NCBI RefSeq assembly: GCF_001194135.2
Contig: NC_068987.1
Location: 81,801,784-81,865,783, forward strand
Direction of reading: 5' to 3'
DNA from: Octopus bimaculoides
Lineage: Eukaryota
Length of the DNA: 64,000 nt
The notes beneath the pieces are model-generated. The model had not been told where the DNA came from, made no database searches, and saw only the letters and a program-made list of their open reading frames with translations. This document shows positions 51,181-64,000 of the stretch, one piece after another (positions within the stretch are counted from its first letter, which is position 1; each line of letters begins with the position of its first letter). The position numbers were made by a program, and so were the translations under genes.

Positions 51181-52379
51181 TCAGTAATATTTGTCTTTTA
51201 TTTGTTTCAGTCATTCGACTGTGGCCATGCAGGGGCACTGCCTTGAAGGGTTTTAGTCAAACAAATCGACTACAGTTCTTAATTTTTTCATAAGTCTGGT
51301 ATTTATTCTATCAGACTCTTGCTAAACTGCTTAGTTACAGGGACATAAATGAACCAACAGTGATTGTCAAGTGATAGGGATGGAGATGACAAATAAAGAC
51401 ACACACACACACACACATATATCATCATCATTTTTAAACATCCATGTACCCATGCCAGCATGGAAGGAGACGTTAAATGATGATGATGATATGCCATGCT
51501 GACATGGGTGAGACGGTGTGACAAGGATCCAATGAGTCAAGGACTATATCGTACTTCAATGTCTAAGCCTTCACACATTTCTTATTTCTTATTTATTTAT
51601 TGCCCACAAGGGGCTACACACAGAGGGGACAAGCAAGGACAGACGAAAGGGATTAAGTCGATTATATCGACCCCAGTGCGTAACTGGTACTTATTTAATC
51701 GACCTCGAAAGGATGAAAGGCAAAGTCAACCTCGGTGGAATTTGAACTCAGAACGTAGCGGCAGACGAAATACCGCTAAGCATTTCGCCCGGCGTGCTAA
51801 CGCTTCTGCCAGCTTACCGCCTTCACACATTTCTATCTACCAAATTCACTCACAAGGCATTGGTCAACCCAGGGATTTAACAGAAGACACTTTAAGGTGC
51901 AACACAGTGGGACTGAACTTGAAACACTGTGGTTGCAAAGTGAACTGCTTAAAAACACAGCCATACTTAAATAGAGAACTAAATGAATGAATGAAATATT
52001 ATGTAGAAAATAGGGTAAAGGCCCCTTTTGGTCATGAATGACCATGGAATTGAACCTAAAACGTTCCCCTCCGAGGCATGTGTCTGAAAAAGGTTACTTA
52101 TGGAAGACCAGCATTTGCCCATGCATACTAGGCTTCCCTTTCTTCATCACCGATGTTAACCAAGGCAAAGGCTGCTACAGCTTGGCACCAGGGACGTCAC
52201 AACTCATTTCTACAGCTGAATGAACAGAAGCAACATGAAATAAAGTGTCTCGCTCAAGAATACAACACACAGCCTGGTCCAGGAATTGAACGCACAACCT
52301 CGTGATTCTGAGCCCAAAAGATTATAGTAAATTAGAAAACTGCATAATACAACCCAAGAGAACGGTCTGCATATCTACC

Positions 52380-52590
52380 CTTAACTCTTTCACATTTAAA
52401 CTGGCCATATCTATTCTATGCTCAAGCCAGCCAGACCTGGCATCTCACACATACCCTACAATGTCATTCCAAAAATAAACAATAGCATTAATGAATTTCA
52501 AAGCTACAAGATTATGCACACCTTAATTCAAAACAATTTGAATAAGCATTGCATCTGACAGAGTAACCTGGATGCAGATGGGTTAGGCAT
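52380..52590 (+). mobile_element. About 220-bp TTAA-flanked (piggyBac-like) MITE, copy 1
   Basis: Shared taccctacaatgtcattccaaaaat..ttaattcaaaacaat core with 55055-55262 and 63275-63505; TTAA-like ends. Confidence 0.6.
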
Positions 52591-53698
52591 GTGCCTTCTG
52601 CTACAGCCTTGGGCCAACCAAAGCCTTGTGAGTGACTTCATAGATGGAAACTGAAAGAAGCCCATCATATACATGTGTTTGTGACTGTTTGTCTTCACCA
52701 CAACTTGACAACCAGTGTTGCTGCGTTTATGTCCCTATAACTTAGCAGTTTGGCAAAAGAGACTGATAGAAAAAGTACCAATCTTAAAGAAATATAAGTA
52801 GTGGGGTCGGCCCCAGCATGGCAGCAGTTTAATGATTGAAGCAAGTAAAAGATAAAAGATACATATATACATACATATAAATGTGATGTATAATTTACAT
52901 ACATACATATTTTTACATGCATACATGGCTAGCATGCATAAAAAAAACCATAAAGGCAAAATTATTAATTAATAATGAAGGGTACTACTTGTTGCACCAG
53001 CATGCTAAAAATAGCAGTCAGAATGAATCAAAACCACAGTTAATATATTTATATACCCATCAAGCTGAGCAAAACTTGAGAAGACCGATCAACCTGAGCA
53101 AATGCAGTCATAGCAGATACCGGTGTCATACAAATGGCACCCGTGCTGGTGGCACATAAAAGCACCCATTACACTCTTGGAGTGGTTGGCATTGTTAGGA
53201 AGGGCATCCGGCTGTAGAAAACCATGCCAAATCAGAATGGAGCCTGGCACAGTCTTTCCAGCATGACAGCCCAGTCAAACCATCCAACCCATGCCAGCAT
53301 GGACAACAGACATTAGATGATGATGAAACATATATATACACATACATCATCATTGTTTAACATCCATTTTACATACACACATTCACATGTATACAAATAT
53401 CTATGCACTCTTACTGTCCATTCCTTTATTTATGTGAGCGTATACCAATACACTTACATTCTTGATAATTCTGTAAAATCACATATAAACAACATTGATA
53501 TTTATACACAAACAGCCATGTTATTAGAAGCGTATATTATTAGTACTCCCATATTAGTACATAAATATTGTAAATATGTAGTCCACATCAACACCAGCAT
53601 ATTGAATTTCAGGTGCAAAGTTTACATAACTCCTGATATTTTAGAAGAGACTGCAACTTAAAATATGAAACCTATATATTTGAAGGAAAGTACATCTA

Positions 53699-53793
<95 letters not shown>

Positions 53794-53934
53794 CACATAC
53801 ACACACACTCACACTCCCTTTCTAGATGACTTTCATAAAAAAAATGAAAGAAATAGTTAAATTAAAAATAATTAAATTAAAGCCATGTATTTTAAGTAGG
53901 GTACACATAACATGCATGTTGCTATTTTTTTTAG

Positions 53935-54042
53935 CTGATTCTCGAAAATATGAAAGAAATTAAAATTGGATTTGTTACATGGGCTCATTTATATATATTA
54001 GGGATGCATGGCTTTTTTGCATTCATGCAGGAAATACCATTA
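53935..54042 (+). CDS. Candidate exon (phase 0 to 0), LILENMKEIKIGFVTWAHLYILGMHGFFAFMQEIPL
   Basis: Acceptor gctatttttttag|, donor |GTATGC; 108 nt open; not yet phase-linked to neighbours. Confidence 0.35.
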
Positions 54043-54567
54043 GTATGCACACATGTGGTGTAAAATTTATATATATATATATATACACATACATTTCCAT
54101 GCATAACACATTTCTTCTAACTTTGACTGTGGCCATGCTGGGGCACTGCCATAAAGAGTTTTAGTCAAGTGAATTCACCTTAGTGCTTACCTTGGATTAG
54201 AAGCCTGGTACTTTTTCTGTACCCTTTACTGAACCGTAAAGTTATGAGAATGTAAACAAACCAACACCAGTTATTAAGTGGTGATGGGGTAGACAAACAC
54301 AAAAACATACGTGTGTGTGTGTATGCAATAGGCTTCTTATACTTTCCATCAACCAATTCCTTCATAAGGCTTTGGTTAGACCGGGGCTATAGTAGAAAAC
54401 ACTTGGCCAAGGTGCACGCAGTAGGCCTGTACCATGTAATTATATGCATGCACACGTGTATAAAATATATGCGTGTAATATATACACATCCTAATAAAGA
54501 CAACAAGTAATTGGAAAATGAAGTTTGCATAATTATCTGTAGATATGCACATACACACACACACACA

Positions 54568-54835
54568 TATTGGGTCATCCCATAAATAATGCGGTTCTTT
54601 TATACTTCTTTTATTTTTCAAAATTAAGATAAACAAAGTTCTTTTTTAATCTAAAATATATTCTCCTTCATTTTCTACAATGCTCTTCCATCTATCTGGT
54701 AGACTTGCAAGGTTCCAAAAATCAGTTGTCTGTGATGAAAGACACTCCCCCAGTACTGTTCTGACCTTGTCTACAGAATTCATATTTTTTTCATCCAAAT
54801 GATTTTGAAGACTGCAGAATAGATGATAATCAGAT
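54568..54835 (-). mobile_element. Mariner-like end fragment
   Basis: tattgggtcatcccataaataatgcgg resembles a mariner TIR; internal transposase remnant. Confidence 0.5.
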
Positions 54836-54975
54836 GGGTTTTTTTTATCTCATTACAAAAAGTAAATCCTTATATATATATATATATATATATNNNNNNN
54901 NNNCAGTCCTCAGTCAAATCGTCCAACCCATGCTAGCATGGAAAGCGGACGTTAAACGATGATGATGATGATGAT

Positions 54976-55008
<33 letters not shown>

Positions 55009-55054
55009 TTCTTTCATTCTTTCTTTAACATTGTACTGTTTAAGTGTGACTGGT

Positions 55055-55262
55055 CTTTTGAAAATGGCATTTAAGTCAGTCATATCCAGCCCAAATATTC
55101 TACCTGTTTTATGTTCAAACTAACCAGATCCAGCCTGTCACACCTACCCTGTAATGTCCTAAAATTAAACATCACTGAAATCTTAATGCTGAGATGATGC
55201 ATGATTAATTCAAAACAATATGAATAAGCATTAAATTTAAGATTAATTTGAATGCAGTTAAT
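55055..55262 (+). mobile_element. About 220-bp TTAA-flanked MITE, copy 2
   Basis: See 52380. Confidence 0.55.
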
Positions 55263-55384
55263 ATATAATTGAATTGTATATGCATGTATTTGATTTTCAA
55301 TTGGTCAATTTTTATCTTAATTTTTATAATTTATTTGCATTTGTATATGTTTATATATATGCAAAAGAATAGCTGGAGAAAGTT

Positions 55385-56105
55385 CAGAGAGCTTCTACCT
55401 TTGTTGTAACAAAGGGTCTCTTCCAAGTGAAAGGCAGATTGCTACACAGCCATGAAACATGGGCTGTGACAGTAGAGGACATGCAGAAGCTTGAAAGAAA
55501 TGAAGCTCTTATGCTTTGCCAGATGTGCAATGTCAGTGTGCATGTGTGAGTGGCCGTAAGCATCTTAAGAGAGAAATTAGGCATAAGGGGCATCAGATAT
55601 GGTGTGCAAGAAAGATTACTGCACTGGCATAGTCATGTGATGTGTATGAATGAGGACAGCTGTGTAAAGAAGTACTGAGATCTAACTGTCGAGGGGGAAC
55701 CCATGGAAGAGGTGGATACAGGAAGACATGGGACGAGTTGTTGAAACATGACCTTCAGGTGTTGGGTCTCACTGAATGGATGACAAATGATTGAGGCCTT
55801 CAGTGATTTGCTGTGCTTGAGAAGATTTGTCAGGACAAGTGAAATCATAATCGTAGACAATGCTGGTAACACATAAAAGGTGATAGTAATACATAAAAGG
55901 CACCCATAATGGTAACACATAAAAGGCACTTGTGACAGTGACACATAAAAGGCACCAGTGCTGGTGACATGTAAAAGGCACCTAGAACTAAGAAGGGTAT
56001 CCAGCAGTAGAAATAAAGCTCCCTGGTACAGCTCTCTGGCTTAACCAGTTCCAGTCAAACTGTCCAACCTATACCAGCATGGAAAATGCTTGCTAAGTGA
56101 TGATG
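55385..56105 (+). mobile_element. RTE LINE 3' fragment (end of RT ORF plus 3' UTR plus tail)
   Basis: LHSHETWAVTVEDMQKLERNEALMLCQMCNV..LGIRGIRYGVQERLLHWHSHV; UTR units and tail shared with many short copies. Confidence 0.85.
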
Positions 56106-56573
56106 GTGATATACTCAATCATTTTTTTTTTTTTTTATGTATTCAATTTCATTTCTGTACATACATCCAATTAAATGCTTACATTTTTTGTGTTCATTCT
56201 TGAAATATTCTTTTCAAAAGTTTCTTGCTTTTGTATTCAGGCTTAGTTTGATAATTGGAGATGTTAAACTTAGGATTTAATTTTCAGCTTAATTAACATA
56301 TTTTAATACTCAAGTTTCTCTATCAAATATATTCTTTTCTCCTATTTTTCAGTTTCCACTGAAGTCTGTTTATTCAAACATCTACACACACACACACACA
56401 TGCGTGCACACACACGTGTGCATGCACACATGCACTCACTCTCGTATACACACACACACCCATGCACACATACACATATACACATACAGGCATAAAGAAT
56501 ACCTTTCTTTTGTTTGTTACATAAACTTATATATATACATATGTCTATATATATACGGGGAGAGATGTGTGTA

Positions 56574-56619
<46 letters not shown>

Positions 56620-56639
56620 CACACACACATCTCTTTCTC

Positions 56640-56674
<35 letters not shown>

Positions 56675-56680
56675 TATACA

Positions 56681-56909
56681 CAGTAATTTCTCAACTATCG
56701 TGGGTGTTACATTCTCAAAAACCCTGCAGTAGGTGAAAATTCATGAAGTAAAAACAGTACTGTATATATTTCTTTTATTATTTTCATAATTTGTATATAT
56801 TTTATTATAGATGCAAAACAACACCACGGAGGAATTGACGTAAGCTAAAATAATAAACCACGACAGATGAACCGCAATAGGTGAACCACGATATGGTAAG
56901 GGATTACTG
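56681..56909. mobile_element. Tigger/pogo-like MITE (229 bp)
   Basis: TIRs cagtaatttctcaactatcgtgg / ccacgatatggtaagggattactg followed by TA. Confidence 0.7.
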
Positions 56910-57864
56910 TATATCAAATGGTAAAAGGGATTAATAAATCCAGGCTGATATCTAAGAAAGCACTAAGTGCTAAGTAAATTTGGTTAACTCTATCAGATAC
57001 CAATAAATCCAAATAGAATTAACATCCAGGGTAATTCCTCATGTATGATAAGTAGATCCAAATATCACTTAGAGGAATTTCAAGAAATCTGGAGTAATTG
57101 ACAACATGAACAAGAATGAAGAAAATCATATCTTTAATTGATGACTACGGCATACATAACCAATAATCATTTCTATTGTGCGAGAAGATTTAGATACAGA
57201 AAGAGGTACACATCAATTTTCTTTTACTTGTTTCAGTCATTTGACTGTGGCCATGCTGGGGCACCGCCTTTAGTCAAGCAAATCAACCCCAGGACTTATT
57301 CTTTGTAAGCCTAGTACTTATTCTATCGGTGTCTCTTTTGCTGAAGTGCTAAGTTACGGGGATGTAAACACACCAGCATCGGTTGTCAAGCGATGTTGGG
57401 GAGACACACATACACACATATCTACGATGGGTTTCTTTCAGTTTCTGTCTACCAAATCTACTCACAAGGCTTTGGTCAGCCCATGGCTATAGTAGAAGAC
57501 ACTTGCCCAAGGTGTCCCGCAGTGGGACTGAACCCGGAACTATGTGGTTGGTAAGCAAGCTACATACCACACAGACACTCCTGTGCCTATATCCAAAAAT
57601 TTATGCTATAACAATGTTTATCAAGATTTTGTATTTGGGTTGCAAGATTGTTTATGTGAATTTGTGTGTTGAAGCATATTTTATTGTCTGGGGAGAGTAA
57701 TTCTCTTTTAGTACCTTATTATTTAACACATTCACCTTAATGTTGCAAGACGCAATGAAAATTTTAGAAAAAATAAGTGGAAATCAAACCAGTGAGTGTG
57801 TTAAATTAATAAGGCTCTAAAAGAGAACAACTCTCCTCAGACACAATAAAATGTTTATCAATGT

Positions 57865-58025
57865 TTCTCTCTCTTTTTTTCTCTCTCTTTATTTCTCTCT
57901 CTCTCTCTCTCTCTCTTTCTTTCTCTCTCTTTCTTTCTCCCTCTCTCTTTCTTTCTTTCTCTCTTTCTCTCTCTCACTCCTTCTCTCTCTCTCTCACTCA
58001 CACACACACACACACACACACACAC
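57865..58025. repeat. (CT)/(CTTT)/(CA)n microsatellite
   Basis: Direct reading. Confidence 0.95.
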
Positions 58026-58460
58026 GTAAATGGTAACAAATGGCAAAAAAATACTCAGTCCCTGCCTAGATTGGACCTTGAATAATTTAACAATTCAATG
58101 TAATCAGCCAGTATTGAACTGACTGAAACAGAACTGTGAAATCCATCAGACTTCATCAAGCATCATACTCCTGACATGGCTGCTCTTTCTGTAAGAACTG
58201 AAGTCAAATGACTCCACATTATCAAAAGAAGAAAATCAACTGAAAGTTTCTATATTTATAGTCTTTGGCCTATGGTACTGGAACATGGACACAAATCAGA
58301 GGAAACTTCTGATTTCTCTAGCTCTTGTTCTCAGTGTAAAGTTAATTACAAAGAGAAGTCAAATAGTGATCAGACGAAATTAAAGAAACTTGTTTGATTT
58401 CTCATTCTAATTAAATTCACACTTAGAGGTGAGAGACATAGAGATTGGAGGTTTCCATAG

Positions 58461-58562
58461 CTCTTGTAAAAAGTTCATCAACCACATACTGATGTCTATA
58501 AATATAGGAGTTTCAATCTATTTATCTTTGTCTTTCCATGGCTCTTTTGGTGACATGAAGAT
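58461..58562 (+). CDS. Candidate exon (phase 2 to 2), SCKKFINHILMSINIGVSIYLSLSFHGSFGDMK
   Basis: Acceptor gtttccatag|, strong donor |GTAAGT; phase could follow 48745. Confidence 0.4.
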
Positions 58563-59493
58563 GTAAGTTCATCCATTTGAACTTTGCTTCTGGCAGGAAT
58601 GGGCAGCAATGTTAATAGGAAGTTAATGAACATTAGTCTGTATATTACCATTTCCTATGCAAGCGGAATCATTATCATCATCATCATCATCGTTTTAGTG
58701 TCCACTTTTCCATTCTGGTGTGGGTTGTAAAGAATTTGTTGAGGTAAATTTTCTACAGCTGGATGCCCTTCTACTCATAAGGCTTTGGTTGGCCCAAGGT
58801 TATAGCAGAAGACACTTACCCAAGGTGTTCTGCAGTGGGACTGAACCCGGAACCATGTGGTTGGGAAGCAAGCTTCTTACCGCACAGCCACTCCTATAAC
58901 AAAAGACCTTTATTCCATTAACTTTTACTGCACAAGAACTGAGTACACTTGTTTCTGTAGAAGTACACTTGAGACACAGGAAGAGAATTAACTCAATTTT
59001 AATAGTGGGATACTTCCCAGAATTCTCCATGTTTCATATGATGTAGTACACACATTTTATTTTTACTCACCAATAGAAAGAGGTTGTGAGAACTGATTTG
59101 CATATAATTAGCATGTTACATCAGCAGCAGAAATTTAATGAACCCAATGAGGGTTAAGAAACAAGTGGACAAACGAGAGGAACAATTAATGGTTGATGTA
59201 CGGTAAATATTGGCTTCAAATTTTGGTACATGGCCAGCAGTTTTAGGAAAGGGGCTAAGTCAGTTACATCGACCCCAGTATTCAACAGGTACTTATTTTA
59301 TTGACCCCAAAATGATGAAAGGTAAAGTCGACCATGGCAGAATTTGAACTCAGAACGTAAAGATGGCTGAAATGCCACAATATTTTGCTCAGTGGTGCTT
59401 ATGATTTTGCTGGCTTGTCACTTTGATGTGTGGCAAATATTAAAAAAAGAAAAATGGTTAGAACTAGTCACAGTGTTTATGCTAGTGCTTTAG

Positions 59494-59573
59494 TGCAAAG
59501 AGATCCCAGAATATACAGATTTGAGAGACAATGGTCTTTGAAAACGCCAAGCAATTATGTGAAGATGATACAG
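59494..59573 (+). CDS. Candidate exon (phase 1 to 0), QRDPRIYRFERQWSLKTPSNYVKMIQ
   Basis: Acceptor gtgctttag|, donor CAG|GTATCA; phase fits 59703. Confidence 0.3.
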
Positions 59574-59702
59574 GTATCACTTGAGAGACTTGTGTATTTA
59601 CAGTTGAATGGTTTAAAAACATTCCAATATGACGTGGCATCTGGGAAGAAATCGACAGATATTGATGGCTGAGTTAAAAGACATAATTTTGTTGCTTTTT
59701 AG

Positions 59703-59759
59703 ACTGTGTTCCATTACATCAGTATATTCGATAGCACAGAAATACCTAGGTCTCAAGGG
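59703..59759 (+). CDS. Candidate exon (phase 0 to 0), TVFHYISIFDSTEIPRSQG
   Basis: Acceptor ttgttgctttttag|, donor |GTCAGG. Confidence 0.3.
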
Positions 59760-59812
59760 GTCAGGATTAGTGGAACTGTACTGCACACATATATTTCTAC
59801 ATACTGTATGTC

Positions 59813-59867
<55 letters not shown>

Positions 59868-59879
59868 NNNNNNNNNNNN

Positions 59880-59953
<74 letters not shown>

Positions 59954-62029
59954 CACACACACGCGTATATTTATGCATACTTATGCACACATATTTAGAC
60001 ACACACACCCACCCATATTTATGATTATGTGTGTGTGTGTGTGTATATCTATCTATCTATATATATATATCAATATATTATTATTATCATCATTAATGTT
60101 GTTATTATCATTATTATTAAGGCAGTGAGTTGGCAGAATCGCTAGCATGCTGGATGAAATGCTCAGCAGTATTTCACCCATCACTACATTCTGAGTTAGA
60201 ATTCTACCAAGGTCAACTTTGCCTTTCATCCTTTTGAGGTTGATAGATTAAGTACCAGTGAAACACTAGTGTCGATATAATCGACTAGTCCCTTCCCACC
60301 AAATTTCAGGCCTTGTGCCTTAAGTAGAAAGGATTACTATTATTTATTATTATTATAGTGGTGAGCTGGCAGAACTATTAGCATGCCAGGCAGAATGCTT
60401 AGTGGCATTTTATCCGTCTTTATGTTCTGAGTTCAAATTTCACCAAGGTTGACTTTGCCTTTCATCCTTTTGAGGTCAATAAAATAAGTACCAGTTGAAC
60501 ATCAGCTTAACTGCTATCTCAAACTAACTGGCCTTGTGCCAAAATTTGAAATCATTATTATTATTATTATTATTATTGTTAACAACCACTAAAACCCTTA
60601 TGTGAGCACCTTACTCTTTACTCTCTTTCTTGTTTCAGTCATTTGACTTGCGGCTATGCTGGAGCACTGCCTTTAGTCGAGCAAATCAACCCCAGGATTT
60701 ATTCTTTGTAAGCCTAGTACTTATTCCATCGGTCCCTTTTGCCAATCCGCTAAGTTACTGGAGCATAAACACACCAGCATCGGTTGTCAAGCGTGCTGGG
60801 GGGACTAACACAGACACATAAACATATACACACACACACATACACATCATCATCATCATCGTTTAACGTCTGCTTTCCATGCTAGCATGGGTTGGACGAT
60901 TTGACTGAGGACTGGTGAAACCAGATGGCTACACCAGGCTCCAATCTGATTTGGCAGAGTTTCTACAGCTGGATGCTCTTCCTAACGCCAACCACTCAGA
61001 GAGTGTAGTGGGTGCTTTTACGTGTCACTCGCACGAAGGCCAGTCAGGCAGTACTGGCAAAGGCCACTCTCAAACACACACACACACATATATATATATG
61101 TATATATATATATGTATATATACACAATGGGCTTCTTTTAGTTTCTGCCTACCAAATCCACTCACAAGGCTTTGGTCAGCCTGAGGCTATAGTGGGACTG
61201 AATCCAGAACCATGTAGTTGGTAAGCAAGCTACTTACCACACAGCCATTCCTGCGCCTATTTGTTGAAAATCTTATCACATGGTATACATGGGTGTGTGT
61301 GTGTGTGTGTTCTTGCAGGTGTGCATAATGTGCTTATCTATGTATGTATGTATGCATAAACATATATATAGATAGATAGATAGATATTTCACGCTGGCCA
61401 CTTGATCAAATCATTAAAATTTTATCCTTAATTGTATATAAATAAATATATATACATATACACACACACACATATATCATTTAATGGCTGCTTTCTGTGC
61501 TGGTTTTATATATATGTGATGATGATAGATACACACACACACACACACACACACACACGTACAAATGTGTGTGTGTACAATTGTGTTCTAAATCAAATCT
61601 AATCTTTTTTCTTCTATTCATATTTTTTTAATGGTCTTTTATGTTTAATTTAGAGAGCAAAGGCATTCAAAATAATAAACATTTTTAAAGATCATCTCAC
61701 ACTCATGATTTCAATGAAATGAAATGATTGTTGTATTGGAGTATTGTTCATGTGCCTTGCCAGTTGGAAGCAAAGAATTATAGGAATACTGTTGTAAACA
61801 ATGAAATCATCGTTGTTGGAATTAATATAATTCAATGTTCAACTGCAGTTAGATTTCATTTACTCAATTCATAAACTATTGTATCTTTGTGTTGATTATG
61901 GGGGTTGTATTTTGTTATTGATGAGGCTTCTGAAGTTAATCATTTTTTTTTTCTTTTTGTGGGAATCCTTGCCGAAGATTTCATTCTTGTATTTGATTTG
62001 AAAGCTTCTTAATGTGAACTAGTGTGATG

Positions 62030-63250
62030 ATGCTGATTTTGTTGTATCTTGGGAGGGTCATTATGCCAATAATAAATACATGAACTGGTTTTATTTTACT
62101 TCTTTTTTTATTAGTAATCAGTTTAAGACAGTAAACAGGCAGATCTGATCGCACACTGGGCAAAATGCTTAGCGGCATTTTGTCCATCTTCATGTTCTGA
62201 GTTCAAATTCCACTGAGGTCGACTTTGCCTTTCATCCTTTCAGGGTCAATAAATTAAGTACCAGTGAAATGCTGAGGTCGATGTAATTGTCTACTCTCCT
62301 CCCACACAATTTCAAGCCTTGTACCTTTGGTGGAAAGGATTATTAGTAGTCAATCTGTTAATCATTTAACAATGAAGTCATCAATTGTTTGATTAATCAG
62401 TCTGCCAATTAATCAATCTGCTAGGTTTGTTAGAGTCCTTTTACTGTCATTTGCAACCTCATCAATGACATTCCCTCTCTCCTCCAGGTCTAAAGCCATC
62501 ATCTAATGTTTCCCATGTAATTTTGTTTGCATACTGCAATATTCCCTTATTATAAATGCTTGGACGATCAACTGCAAGTGATGTTACCAGTATGTCCAAT
62601 GTAACAGTTTGAGTCATGAAGTTTAAAACTTTGGTGTTTACATTGAAATTTCTATTTTATTTTGATTGTCTGGAGTATACTCAATGGTTTTGAAGCCAGT
62701 GGTTTCATGTTGATGAGAAGAGAGATGATTCTGGTGTTTATCCAATCTATTTTTATTATTAATTTGTGATTGGGTGCCATATCAGTTTGTACATAGGGTT
62801 TACTTCAGGGACAACATGTGTCATATGTGTTTTTATTCAGTGCCCTGCATGAGTGAATTTGTTATACTGTTTTATAGTTTGGCCTACTAATATGTTAACT
62901 ATTGTTTGTTACACTAATGAGGTTTCTTTATTTAAAATTTCTTTGTGGGTGAGAATCAAAAAGCTCTTCTAAGAAGAAAGTTGACTACAGTATTTTGTAT
63001 TTATGATGTCATTCACCATTTCTGTATCTGCATAAATATTTCTTTGCATTTTTCCATATGTTGACATGGGTGTTTTTGTTATTCCTTATTCCTTCAATTA
63101 TATCTAGAATGGTGGTGCTGCTGGAAGTATCTTAATTTATTTTAGAAATATGTTTGATTGTAAACTTTAAAATGGAATTATTTTCACGATCATCTTTAAA
63201 TCTGTTATCTTATTCGTTGTTATCTGTCACAATAAATATATAAATCACAT
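62030..63250 (-). mobile_element. Penelope-like element 3' part (RT thumb, GIY-YIG, pseudo-LTR) with a SINE inserted in the pLTR
   Basis: Antisense VVNFLLRRAF.FSPT..., NCYIGHTG...KHL..GNIA; SINE 62130-62340 flanked by ttattagta(a/g)tc duplication. Confidence 0.7.
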
Positions 63251-63274
63251 AGCTGATATGGACAGTGTAATTAT

Positions 63275-63505
63275 ATTTAATGATTTAGCATTTAAATTGG
63301 CCATAATCCAATCAAAATATTCTACCTGTTTTGTGTTAAAACTGTCAAAATCTAGCCTTTTGTACCTACCCTACAATGTCATTCCAAAAATCTACAATCA
63401 CATCATTGAAATCTCAGAGCTACAAGATAATACGCGATTAATTCAAAACAATGTAAATTAATAAGCATTTCATTTGACCGAATAATTTTAATGCCAAATG
63501 GTTAA
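63275..63505 (+). mobile_element. About 220-bp TTAA-flanked MITE, copy 3
   Basis: See 52380; ends aatgccaaatggTTAA. Confidence 0.6.
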
Positions 63506-63779
63506 GAATAACTTAGTTTCCCATATTAGCCCTGCAAAATACTGCAAATGTGATCCCTAATGGAGAACTTGTTGCCAATGCATCTTTCTAGGTATTGATT
63601 GCTCTGTAGCTAGCAGAACAGAATTGCATTTGTGTAGACTAACAGAATCTTTTTAAGGATGTTTCTTGTCATATTAGATGGCTTTTATTATAGGATGTGT
63701 ATTACATATTATGTTTATAGCTTTTATTAGTTGGACATTAATAAAAAAGACTTCCTACATCAAAAGTAAAAATGTTGCC

Positions 63780-63954
63780 AACTTTGGACGTTTCATGTTG
63801 AATTTCTGAGAATTCATTTGAGGATTGTATGCTACGTCTCATCATCATCATCATCTTCTTCATCATTTAACATCCAATGATAATGGTGATGATGAGATAT
63901 GGTATACAATCCTCAAATGAGTTCTCAGAAATTCCACATGAAACATCCAAAGTT
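63780..63954. repeat. Inverted duplication, arms 63780-63847 and 63887-63954
   Basis: aactttggacgtttcatgttgaatttctgagaattcatttgaggattgtat versus atacaatcctcaaatgagttctcagaaattccacatgaaacatccaaagtt. Confidence 0.9.
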
Positions 63955-64000
63955 AGCATGTAAAATTCCCTTTAATATATGTATTTCTTGGCTATTACAT

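Overview
AT-rich, repeat-dominated eukaryotic DNA with several N gaps. The SINE types, RTE/R4/Penelope fragments and dense (TA)n/(CA)n/(GATA)n tracts look like an octopus-type (coleoid cephalopod) genome; this is inferred from repeat style, not from a database match. Almost all ORFs in the supplied track are microsatellite or N-gap artefacts or retroelement debris. Reading splice signals by hand gives a + strand chain of 12 short, phase-compatible candidate exons (11398-37231, about 254 aa, protein not recognised) plus weaker candidates to about 59.8 kb. The space between is filled with Penelope-like elements (PLEs), R4/Dong-type and RTE LINE fragments, DD37D (maT) and mariner remnants, piggyBac- and Tigger-like MITEs and several SINE families. 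The most unusual structural signals are six short-spacer inverted duplications (most linked to PLE ends), a near-complete type I hammerhead ribozyme core at 40628-40702 on the gene's sense strand, and a CpG-retaining 1.37-kb foldback unit at 46092-47462. I see no clearly new biological system; the strongest leads are the unidentified gene, the intronic hammerhead and the PLE-derived hairpins.
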